Sequence record: PP355768.1
Strand: one strand, 5' to 3'
Length of the DNA stretch: 64,000 nucleotides
In this document: positions 55,191-64,000 of the stretch, piece after piece
Numbering within the stretch: the first letter of the stretch is position 1
How the letters are laid out: every line of letters begins with the position of its first letter
Notes under the pieces: model-generated
Seen by the model: the letters and a program-made list of their open reading frames with translations, nothing else
Database searches by the model: none
Told to the model about the DNA's origin: nothing
Translations under genes and position numbers: made by a program

Positions 55191-55390
55191 GCATGGCTCT
55201 TATTATATAACTTGCCGTCTACTACGTAGTTATATCCAACAACGTCCATTTCAATTTCTGTACCATCTTCTAGCGTGGCTGTCATCTTCTGACCTTTTTT
55301 AAATTTCAGAAGATTACTTCCAACAGATTCAGTCATTACGCCAACTGTTGCTAAACGGGATTCATTTAAAAATTCTTGATAAGTTTTCAT
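55190..55390 (-). pseudogene. Internal head protein with capsid targeting sequence, C-terminus lost
   Basis: MKTYQEFLNE N-terminus; directly downstream of e. Confidence 0.8.
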
Positions 55391-55767
55391 TTATTTTCCT
55401 TGATAAGCGGCCCAAGTTCCGGTCCGCATAGTTTCAATTACACGACGAGCACGATTAGGTGTCTGACGATACCAACGTGAATTTGCCAGTTCTTTGGCAG
55501 CAGCATCCCATTTTTTAGCAGCTAAGAGCTTCATGGAAGCAGGGAATCCAGCGACACCACCTACACCCATTTGGAATACCATGTTAATTAGAGCTGCTCT
55601 ACGAACATCATCTAATATATTATATACCGGGCTTAATGTAGCATTAGCCACAATGCCCTTAATTGCTTTTTCAACATCCTTTGCAAAAATTACTTCTGCC
55701 TTTCGGTATCTTTATAAATTTTGCTATCGTATCCTTCATCAATACGCAGCATGCCAAAAATATCCAT
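55391..55767 (-). pseudogene. e: T4-type lysozyme (endolysin), frameshifting deletion near 55703
   Basis: MDIFGMLRIDEG...YKDTE; [13 protein letters not shown]; [15 protein letters not shown]. Confidence 0.92.
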
Positions 55768-55773
55768 AAGGAC

Positions 55774-55801
55774 CTCCTATTAATTATAGGAGTATTTATT
55801 T
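55774..55801 (-). promoter_or_regulatory. Late promoter variant plus RBS-sequestering hairpin of gene e
   Basis: AATAAATA then CTCCTAT-AATTA-ATAGGAG containing the SD. Confidence 0.7.
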
Positions 55802-55914
55802 GGCCCTGCACTTGGCTATGAATAATTCAAGGCTACACTTCTCGTATGGTGTCCATTTACCTTTCCACCACACATAATCTCTTCTATCGTCCTCTTTAAA
55901 GTAGCTGATTGGTG

Positions 55915-56223
55915 GGATGGACGATTACTTCAACGTCGTATCGTTTGTGCAGCAAATCGTTTTGAATTGAAAACTGGTGGAACAATTGTAGTTCCAGGCA
56001 CTCGCCACATTATTCTGTTGATATGGCGAACGTTCTAGATATGTTCCGTGACAAATTAGTTTCTGACCATGTCCATGGAGACAATCAAGGATTTGTTGAC
56101 CAGTGGGGCGAGTACTTCACACGTGAAGAAGCATTAATCATCGCTACACATGCAGGTCAAGTTAATACAGTTCGTCCTAAATCAGGACCCGCCAATGAAT
56201 TATTCTCAGAGGATTTATACTAA
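55915..56223 (+). pseudogene. arn.3: Arn.3-like protein, 5' truncated, 2-nt insertion near 56010
   Basis: RIVCAANRF...PGTRH / YSVDMA...QGFVDQWG...TREEA...SEDLY. Confidence 0.65.
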
Positions 56224-56525
56224 TGATTAATACATTAAAGAATAACATTATACTTTTAAAAATTCAACGTAAATCTCTTCAGCGCTCATTAGAAATGATG
56301 GACGATAATTGGGGTACATATACCAATGAAGCCGGGTTTAAAATGGCAGATAGCAAATTCATGAAAACTCTCATGGATAAGGAATACATCTGTCCGTTTA
56401 GTCATCCATTTAATGGCGGCGCTAAACCGTTTCTTGCTGAAATGTACAAAGTAATGACAGAAGAAATGATTAAAGATATTGACTATTATATCAAGGAACT
56501 TGAATGCAAGGAAAATAAAGCGTGA
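56223..56525 (+). CDS. arn.2: Arn.2-like protein
   Basis: 100 aa; position in the arn cluster. Confidence 0.55.
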   Translation: MINTLKNNIILLKIQRKSLQRSLEMMDDNWGTYTNEAGFKMADSKFMKTLMDKEYICPFSHPFNGGAKPFLAEMYKVMTEEMIKDIDYYIKELECKENKA

Positions 56526-56734
56526 GAACAATAAGCGCCAAGGCAGATTACTTCAACAGCTTAAATCGTTCAGAAAAGGCTCAAATTAAACGGTTTATCT
56601 TGGAATTGGGATATGTGCATGCTGGAGATTTAAAAGCACATATCCAAGAATGTGGTATTGCTAAGCGTTTTGATATTACACGCAACTGCTTAAATGAGGT
56701 AATTTCACATGTACAACCCAGTAGCGAAGAATGA
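56522..56734 (+). CDS. Hypothetical protein (70 aa)
   Basis: Operon. Confidence 0.6.
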   Translation: MRTISAKADYFNSLNRSEKAQIKRFILELGYVHAGDLKAHIQECGIAKRFDITRNCLNEVISHVQPSSEE

Positions 56735-56834
56735 CTTTAACAAAGGAGGCGCGCATAAAGATAAAAAGCGTGCTGCCAAAGAATCAAAACGTAAGCAAAA
56801 ACACAAAGGTAAAGACAATGCGCATTCTGAATAA
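56709..56834 (+). CDS. arn.1: Arn.1-like 41-aa basic peptide
   Basis: MYNPVAKNDFNKGGAHKDKK...KQKHKGK; GAGG SD. Confidence 0.65.
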   Translation: MYNPVAKNDFNKGGAHKDKKRAAKESKRKQKHKGKDNAHSE

Positions 56835-57096
56835 TTCCAAATGTACTACTTTAACTATTATTTGTGATGACCTAGAAGCTCTCCATAAGAAATTAGGGGA
56901 CCATTCTGGATTAGTAGCAGATATCCATTCTGAACTAATGGAAGACCTCCAGAATGCTGGCTATGGAGACTGGATGGTACACGATTGGAATAATGGTACC
57001 TTTACTGTAGCTATTATCGCTAATGTTGAACCTGAAGAAGTTATTGAACAATTTCAGAAATGTGTTGATGCTTATGATATTGGAGATTATCTATGA
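56818..57096 (+). CDS. arn: Arn-like acidic protein (92 aa)
   Basis: Size, acidity, YDIGDYL end and position match T4 Arn; low identity. Confidence 0.5.
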   Translation: MRILNNSKCTTLTIICDDLEALHKKLGDHSGLVADIHSELMEDLQNAGYGDWMVHDWNNGTFTVAIIANVEPEEVIEQFQKCVDAYDIGDYL

Positions 57097-57419
57097 ATAC
57101 TGAAGCTTTACGCAGAGAAGATGAAGCCAAGGCATATCATAAACGCGTTGAATTGCTTTCAGCAATTAAAGTAGAATACACCTTACAAGTTAGGCTTAAA
57201 GTTCTTAACTCTTGGGCTAATGACTTAGAAGTAAAACATTTAGAGCAAGCAGTAATGTTTACGTTTACTCAGGAAACTTCTAAACCGTTTAGTCTATCAG
57301 CAGATTTCCACACGTATGGAATTATTACTATTAAAGCAAAGGATAGAGGTGACATTATAAGTGGAGTTGAGTATATCGAAAGCATTTTAGGTAATCGCGG
57401 AGAGGTAGTTTTAGCATGA
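57093..57419 (+). CDS. Hypothetical protein (108 aa)
   Basis: Operon. Confidence 0.65.
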   Translation: MNTEALRREDEAKAYHKRVELLSAIKVEYTLQVRLKVLNSWANDLEVKHLEQAVMFTFTQETSKPFSLSADFHTYGIITIKAKDRGDIISGVEYIESILGNRGEVVLA

Positions 57420-57512
57420 GTCATAACTTAGAATCTGTCGTTGAATCACAAAGATATCTCGAAGCGTTAATGAATAAAATCGCGCTTGGGAGTCTTATCG
57501 ACTTGTCTTTTC
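57416..57512 (+). pseudogene. asiA.1: AsiA.1-like start joined to the tail of another gene (to 57686)
   Basis: MSHNLESV; frame changes near 57512. Confidence 0.5.
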
Positions 57513-57690
57513 AACGGAGAGGCAATTGACGTATGTCACTGGATGAATCGTAGGGTTCGTCCAATTGGAAAGGAATGGTATTTAACGGCTAGAGTAAAAG
57601 ATGGTCGCTACGGGCTCTGGATGTCCTCTGGTGCTGAGTATATCACTACCAAGGAAGATTTGAATTCTCGTTGGGAATTGGCATAAACTG

Positions 57691-57720
57691 GTTTACAACG
57701 CGGTATCAAGATGATACTAT
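57691..57720 (+). promoter_or_regulatory. Early promoter of asiA
   Basis: GTTTAC...GATACTAT. Confidence 0.8.
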
Positions 57721-57753
57721 AATCACATAATCCATTATGTTGTAGGAAAAATA

Positions 57754-58026
57754 ATGACTAAGTTTGAAATTGTCCAAGAAATCGTTACTGTTGCTTCTAT
57801 TCTGACTAAGTTCAATGCTGAACATATCATGGAGAAGCGAGATGAATTTATTGCGTTCTTGAATGAAATTGGAATCAAGAACGAGCAGGGGCGTCAGTTA
57901 AATCAGAGCAACTTTCGTAAAATGGTTTCTGAGTTAACTGACGAAGAGAAGAGAATTCTCGTTGAAGAATACAACGAGGGATTTGAGTCTATCTATCGAA
58001 CAATGGCTATGCATAGTAATAAGTAA
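57754..58026 (+). CDS. asiA: AsiA anti-sigma70 / co-activator
   Basis: 90 aa; VASILTKF, FIAFLNEIGI, FRKMVSELT.EEK. Confidence 0.93.
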   Translation: MTKFEIVQEIVTVASILTKFNAEHIMEKRDEFIAFLNEIGIKNEQGRQLNQSNFRKMVSELTDEEKRILVEEYNEGFESIYRTMAMHSNK

Positions 58027-58683
58027 TCACTTAGCTCTTCCAAGAGCTCTAACCGCCTGACCACATATCGATGTTAGTCTTTCGTTAGATAATGCAGGTT
58101 TGGAATTGTACCAGTACATTTCAACAGTTCCAGCATAAACATTGTCTAAATTGAAATACGGACAGCTAAACATATACGATATTTCAGGCGGTTTTCTTTT
58201 TGTTGGTAAGAAAACGAATTCCTTATCCGTCCAAAAATATCTACCTGATAAATGCGTACTATATTCAGCAGACGTTTTGTCGATTGGATATCCTCCCAAG
58301 TTTTTAGAATCTACCGTGCTAGGTAAAGTCCCCTCATAAGCAATTAAGTCTACGAAGTAGTTCAAGTTTTTAGGTCTGAACGTAAAGACCGCAGAAAAAT
58401 CTGCACCACTTGAGATATGTACTATCTGGAGTTGTTCGAGTGCTGTGTTATCAAATCGGGCATCCCTATCCTTTTGAACCAACTTGTCGTACTTATCATA
58501 AGTACTATCGACGTAAGCGGTAATAAGACTATCAGACTTATACCCAGCAAACGCCAACAATGCTAAAAGTACGACAACAAAAACACGGGAAAAGAGAACT
58601 CTTCCCGTGGCTCCATCTTTGAATAATAGCTCGAGCAACCCAAGAAACATATCAAAAAATGGTATTGATTGTTTGCTTGCCAT
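58027..58683 (-). CDS. t: Holin T
   Basis: LFKDGATGRVLFSR, QIVHISSGADFSAV, FRPKNLNYFVD, CPYFNLDN.YAG; 218 aa. Confidence 0.97.
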   Translation of the reverse strand: MASKQSIPFFDMFLGLLELLFKDGATGRVLFSRVFVVVLLALLAFAGYKSDSLITAYVDSTYDKYDKLVQKDRDARFDNTALEQLQIVHISSGADFSAVFTFRPKNLNYFVDLIAYEGTLPSTVDSKNLGGYPIDKTSAEYSTHLSGRYFWTDKEFVFLPTKRKPPEISYMFSCPYFNLDNVYAGTVEMYWYNSKPALSNERLTSICGQAVRALGRAK

Positions 58684-58724
58684 ATTGCTCTCCTTACAGA
58701 GCTATTTATTGCTCTAACTTATGC

Positions 58725-58820
58725 TTAATATGCAGTAAACGACAGCTGGAATGTTCGTCCATCATTAGCATAAAGCCAGTTCCAAAAAGCATTGTTGTCT
58801 GTACAGCTATAACAGCGTCT
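58725..58820 (-). pseudogene. C-terminal remnant of the gene before t (gene 38 position); the first codons of gene 48 precede it
   Basis: YSCTDNNAFWNWLYANDGRTFQLSFTAY stop; ATG ATT TTT GAG GAA follows gene 29. Confidence 0.5.
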
Positions 58821-58843
58821 TCCTCAAAAATCATTGTTTTTCC

Positions 58844-60577
58844 TTAAGAGGTTTTCATAGCGCCTTGCATTCCAGGAGCAGCTGTTGAAGTCTGTGGAGG
58901 CGTTCTATAAACGTATGTGCTATTCTTATTTACGGCAGTATTAACCTGAATAGGTTGCGACTGTGTATTAGATTCACGTGTACGAGCAGCTTCACGACTA
59001 TCTGCGGCGGCTTTAATAGAAGCAGACTGTTTAACCTCAGGTTGTTCTGCTGCAGGTATAGCTTCGGCAGTTGGAGCAGGTTCTGATATTTTAGAATCAA
59101 GAAGCTTTTGCAATTGGTCTAATTCAACCTTTAAATCTTTTGCAACTTCTGGAGATAATTTCTCTAGTTCTTTATATCTGGTGGTTGTGCTTTGTACTGC
59201 ATCCTTAGCAGAGTCTAATCGAGTGGAATCAGATGCGTCAGTTTTTTCAACATATGCTTTTGTACGCTTGAGTTCTGCTTCAGCATTATTACGAGCTGTG
59301 ATGATTTTGAGGCGTTCGTCTTCTGGCAAGTCTGCATACGCTGACTGCTTTTTCTCTCCGCTCAGCAGTTTGTTATATTCATCGTCATCAATCTGACCGG
59401 TGAATTTTTGGAACTTAGCAGAAAGCTTTCTTTTCCATTCAGGTTTTTCATCGTACTCTCTTTCCTGACGGTCAACATATTTTGCTCTCATTTTAGCATC
59501 TTCTTCATCGAGTTCTGCCCCAGTAACAGTTTGAAATCTGTCTAAAGCAGCGCCTTCAATGTTATCTGCCGAATCATTAAATCCTAATGCGCGTAACATT
59601 CCAGCAAGAAGCTTACTCATTCCGAGCATAATAGTTTCTCCGAGCTTGTCAATTACATCAACCAAGCCAGAACCAATGGCTTTAGCTAATCCGCCCCAAT
59701 CCCCTTTGACGAATGATTTTACTATTTCATTCGACATCTCGCTTATTGCTGTTAATAGCGGACCCCATTCTTTGGCTTGCTTGTTAAATTCAACAAAGTT
59801 CTTTTCGAACAGTTTAGTCCAATAATTAAAATGAACTTTAATTAAATCTATAAGCATTATCACGCCCAAAACCATCGCGGCAGTTTTCGCCATTTGGGCC
59901 AAAGCGCTAACAGTATAGCTAAATAGCATGCTGCTAATTTTATCTGTTAATGAAATAGTTTTTCCAAAACCAGATTTAACGCTTTTAATTAATTCTCCAA
60001 ATTTTAGGTCAAGAAACTTTTTATTCTTATCCTCAGTTTCTTTGCTAGGTTCTTTTCTTTCCTCTTGCTCTTCTGTGCTAGGAAAGAAATCCGCGTCAGG
60101 ACGTCTATCATCCTGAGGAGGAATAAGCCTTTCGAGTAATTCCTCTAGCGGCTGCTGAACCGGAGCATCAGGTACTTGTTCCGTTATTGTTTCTAACGAT
60201 GTTCCAGTGCCAGTCTTTTGGACATCTTGCTGAACATCATGCTTTTTAGATAACAAGTCGGCAAGTTTCGTGAGCTTATCATTAATTAACGATGCGGTAT
60301 CATTTAGTTTCGAGACAGCATCTGTTGTGCGTTCTGAAGCTTCGGCAGTTAATTCAACACCAGCTGAAACATCTTCTACTGATTTGATAATTTCGTTTGA
60401 TTTAGTTTCTATTACATCCGAAATCAAATCAGTAGACGCTTGCTGGTCGTCTAAGCGACGACCAATATCTTCTAGCGTATTAATCTGAGCATCAGCTTGA
60501 GACTCAGCCTTTTTCTGTGGAGCCGAGTCAGCAATAACTCTTCTACGCATTGAATTCATTTCTGATTTCTTAGTCAT
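58844..60577 (-). CDS. 29: gp29 tape measure / baseplate hub
   Basis: DKISSMLFSYTVSALAQMAK, SEWGPLL-like EWGPLL; 577 aa; follows gene 28. Confidence 0.9.
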   Translation of the reverse strand: MTKKSEMNSMRRRVIADSAPQKKAESQADAQINTLEDIGRRLDDQQASTDLISDVIETKSNEIIKSVEDVSAGVELTAEASERTTDAVSKLNDTASLINDKLTKLADLLSKKHDVQQDVQKTGTGTSLETITEQVPDAPVQQPLEELLERLIPPQDDRRPDADFFPSTEEQEERKEPSKETEDKNKKFLDLKFGELIKSVKSGFGKTISLTDKISSMLFSYTVSALAQMAKTAAMVLGVIMLIDLIKVHFNYWTKLFEKNFVEFNKQAKEWGPLLTAISEMSNEIVKSFVKGDWGGLAKAIGSGLVDVIDKLGETIMLGMSKLLAGMLRALGFNDSADNIEGAALDRFQTVTGAELDEEDAKMRAKYVDRQEREYDEKPEWKRKLSAKFQKFTGQIDDDEYNKLLSGEKKQSAYADLPEDERLKIITARNNAEAELKRTKAYVEKTDASDSTRLDSAKDAVQSTTTRYKELEKLSPEVAKDLKVELDQLQKLLDSKISEPAPTAEAIPAAEQPEVKQSASIKAAADSREAARTRESNTQSQPIQVNTAVNKNSTYVYRTPPQTSTAAPGMQGAMKTS

Positions 60578-60879
60578 TCAAATATTTCCATTACGTTAAG
60601 CATGCCTTTGATTGGTCCTTCAGGTCCATCAATGGCTATAGTGTTTACTAAGTCATCAGCCCACTTTGTCACAAAAAATGCTAATAAATGTAGTACAACG
60701 ATATCGGATTCGGCTGCCGTTAATCCTGGGCAAATTGAATCTAAAAGAAGATTCATATTTTCGTCTGGTCCCTTAACATCTTTCATCAGATTATGGTGCT
60801 TTAATCCAAGTTTTGGAATTGATATCGTCTTTTCGTTTATTACTATTTTCTTAATAGGAAGAATCACGTTTAAGTTCAT
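60574..60879 (-). pseudogene. 28: gp28 hub subunit, in-frame deletion near 60680
   Basis: IPKLGLKH, SICPGLTAAESD.V.LHLL; shorter than T4 gp28. Confidence 0.8.
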
Positions 60880-61410
60880 TTTTCACCTTAATCAAATCTA
60901 CAGGTTCAAGGGCAGAGCCATTTGTGAACATATATAAGTTAGTTATAGATGTGTTATTTGATATTTCATGGATAACTTCATCTATATAAAAGTCAGTTCT
61001 GAACTGGTCCTTTAAATCAACAAAGTTGATTTTCATTCCAGGAGTTAGTTCAAAATTACCGTAACATTTAGTTTGAGCATACCCGTCATATTGAGCCATC
61101 GTAGAAATGCGTAGTGCTTCTTCATAGCCATTCCTAAAAATCATGTCAGAATATCCGCCTGATCTATTAATGAATACGCTGTTTTGGCCTTCTCCATTAA
61201 TAATTCGGGTAACATCTTTGTCAACAAATGAGTGTGCATAAAATGTTGCGTTTTTCATGGGATTTCTATTATATCTATTTGATTTAACAAGCCATTCAAA
61301 ATCCCATGTCAATGGATATTTTAATCCTGCTGCAAACTGACCTATTGTTTGAGGAGCTCCAAACATGAATACATTTGGGTCCTGGGATATCATTGATTCA
61401 TAATCCATCA
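60851..61410 (-). pseudogene. 27: gp27 C-terminal fragment
   Basis: MAQYDGYA..K.YGNFELTPG, FYIDEVIHEIS. Confidence 0.88.
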
Positions 61411-61414
61411 TGTT

Positions 61415-63060
61415 AATGTTTTCAACAGTTGCTCGCCGGTTACTGCTTTAACACCTAGGCTATAAGTAAACACCTCAATGTTATTGACGAGAATAACAAT
61501 TTGGACGGCTTTATCTGAATCAGAAGCTTCGATAACTGTATCAGTTTCTACACAAAATACGCCATCGTCATCAACAATAATATCATCAACAATACGAATG
61601 CCAGCATTAAATGAAGCAGCGACCAATGAGTTAGGATTTACCAATGCATCAGAACTTAAATCAACAGTGAAATCTTCTTTACTGAATTCACCTATTGATG
61701 AAGGCTTCTTAAACCATTCGCCCCGTTTACGGAGGTATGCTCCATCTTGTTCTACGTCAGTAACTGCAGTCACGAATTTATCTTGCAATTCTACTACAGT
61801 GGCATACACGCCATCCCGTTGAACCGGATTTTCTGACGAAAAGTCACCATTCATTTGAGTCTGTAACGTAAATACAGAACCTTTTAACCCTTCGCTGTTA
61901 TTGCCAAGTTCTACTTGAATGTCCTGGATAGCAGACTGCTGGGAGTTTTGCATCCCTTCAACATTGGTCATTCTCGCTAAAATTGACCCCGGAGGAATCG
62001 GCTGTCCGCCAGGAACAATACCAACTTGCTGATTTATCCATGCTACTTGACCCTGAAGCCCTGATGAAGTATCACGTCCTACAACATCAGAAATGTACCC
62101 TTGGTCAGTTGAAAGAGAACTAATTTTTCCTTCAATAGTATCAGGCTTATCAGAAGACCCCAAACGAGCATCAATATTATTGACACGAGGAACTAACCCG
62201 GTTTGTGCAGAGTTAAGTGTTGCGTCAACTATACGATAATCGTTTTCTAATCTAGTAGTACGAGCTCCAATTTTTACTGGATTGGTAAAATCAATGGCTT
62301 GGTTAATAGCAAAGATTTCATTATTAGCTGCGGAAATAGCATCAGCGTTATTCACAAGCCTTGCATAAATTGAAGCTGACGTAGCTCCGGATTTAGGACC
62401 AACTTCTTTACGCAGGTCGTTTACTTCAATAGTCAGAGAACCTACGTCTGAATCATTGTATGCATCCTCTAGCGCCTGAATACGCTCGTCATGTTTTACT
62501 ATAGCTGACGCATTGTTGATGATTCGGTATTTCATACCAGAACCCGGAGAGTCTTGCTTCGGCTGTCCGTTAATATCTTGCCCAGGATACGCACCAATTT
62601 CACGTTTAACCCAAACTATATTATCACGAACTGTTCTGTAATAGTCATCTTTACTAGAATCATAAACACCTACATCCTCTTCGAGAAAATCAAGGTCAGT
62701 TCGAAGTTTTTCGGTGTCTTCTTCTAATTTAAGAATTTGTCCATCATGCTTTTCAATATTCTTTTTATTGATATAAACCTGCTCAATGGCGTCAGAAGAA
62801 CCTGTAATTTCTAACGATTTTTTGATTTGGTCTACATCTACTTGAATATTTTCTACAGCAGTTCCAACGTTGTTCAAATCGTTATGTACCTGAACCACAT
62901 TTTTCTGAATCTGCACAGAAGCTCTATTCAGTTCTCCATCATTTCCATAGCGGGTTGAAGCCCCATTAAGAGGCTCTGTATTTTTTATCCAGTTAATTCT
63001 CTGTTGAAAATCGTCTGGAATTCCGTCTACAAACGGAAGCGAATCTACTAGTTTGGTCAT
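61415..63060 (-). pseudogene. wac: Fibritin (whisker) with post-foldon extension, C-terminus cut
   Basis: LPFVDG.P...QQRINWIKN, GELNRASVQIQKNV; coiled coil; DGAYLRKRGEW. Confidence 0.92.
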
Positions 63061-63068
63061 ATTATTCC

Positions 63069-64000
63069 TTACGGTCTATTTGTACAGAATGTAAGCATGC
63101 AGTCATAAAATATAATACGACTGTCTTCTGTTGGTCTTATTTGAACAGTGGCATTTGGAGGAATGTTATTGAAGAAAAAGTTGCTAGATGCGTAAGCTTC
63201 AAATCTCCATGAATGACCATTTCGTCCGCCTTTAGTATTTTCGATGTTAAGAGTAAGTTCACCTCCCCATTGGGAACCGTTAACTATTACAACAAATCTG
63301 AAAATACGATTGTCATATCCGTCGTTGTTACGCTCAAATTTTACATTAACGTTTAGAGCTAATCTACTAGAAGCTTCCCATGGTGCATTACATGTAAACG
63401 TTGCACCTCGACTAATCCAAGATTGTCCTTCAACCCAAGTAACATTACCTACTCTGGTTCCAGCTGGCATGTAACGCCCGTCAGATTCTTGTCTTGTATA
63501 ACAATTAATATCATTATTAGTAATTGTTATGTCATTATCAAGAGTTTTTCCGTTTATTCTACGGGTTTTAAAGACTGCATCTGTTGCAGCCGCTGCCAAT
63601 GAAGCATCAGTAGTTGGAGAACCTGATAATCTGGTTAATCCATATTTATCCTTGGTGGATTTTAGCGCTTGAAGACTTTTTGGAGTAACAGCCAAATTGT
63701 TAGAAGTAGCTGAAGCCACATCTGAGTCTTTAGCAAATTTTACTATACCAAATACACTGTCAGACGCTTTTGATGCCATGAAACAACACGCTTAGGAGTT
63801 ACTGCGGTAGTTTCGTCAGTTCCTGCTTGTGCTTGAGCCGCAGTAGTTAACCTAACAGTTCCATCTACGTTTTCTTGTGCTTTCACAGTTTTAAACACAT
63901 GACCGAGAGCCGCCGCGGTAATAGTTCTGTTTGCTGCTGTTAATGCTGCGGCTTCGGTATTAGTTGCGTATCGTGTTAAGCCAAGAATTGCGGTAGTTGC
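63069..64000 (-). pseudogene. 12: Short tail fibre gp12, 5' partial, frame break near 63782
   Basis: AGTDETTAVTPKR and VTPKSL fibre repeats; directly upstream of wac. Confidence 0.85.

Noticed and set aside
54818-55390. 190-aa internal protein fused to a vs.8-like domain
   Set aside because: Junction near 55190; intervening ip/denV-region sequence is missing

Overview
The window is entirely T4-like myovirus DNA (Straboviridae/Tevenvirinae; GC looks near 40%, not computed). The alpha-gt plus beta-1,2-glucosyltransferase pair, Ig-rich Hoc and non-T4 gp12 tip suggest a non-E. coli enterobacterial phage, possibly Jiaodavirus-like (unverified). It is not a colinear genome segment. About 50 breakpoints, read by eye against T4 homologues, fall into two classes: (i) local deletions inside essential genes (48, 39, rIIB, 51, 20, 67/68, 21, 22, nrdD, 45/44, 34, 41, 52, dda, e, 28, 12) and (ii) long-range, often inverting, joins between distant T4 map regions. 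There are also a few 1-2 nt frameshifts. I saw no locus twice, and split genes appear as non-overlapping pieces far apart. The simplest explanation is concatenated contigs/scaffolds of one fragmented phage assembly with gaps removed, so chimeric ORFs should not be read as new proteins. Intact genes include 54, rIIA, inh, 26, 55, rpbA, 40, uvsX, motA, ndd, nrdC.11, 17, dexA, asiA, t and 29. The best biological leads are: a PspA/ESCRT-III-like e.6 protein beside a membrane-protein cluster; an unfamiliar CTS-bearing internal head protein; fibritin with a domain beyond the foldon; a non-T4 gp12 tip; promoter -10 boxes inside inverted repeats; and a late-promoter mini-cassette. No tRNA, rRNA, CRISPR array, intron or homing endonuclease was recognised. 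All junction coordinates are approximate (about +/-10 nt). Gene names come from recalled T4 protein sequences, not from a database search.
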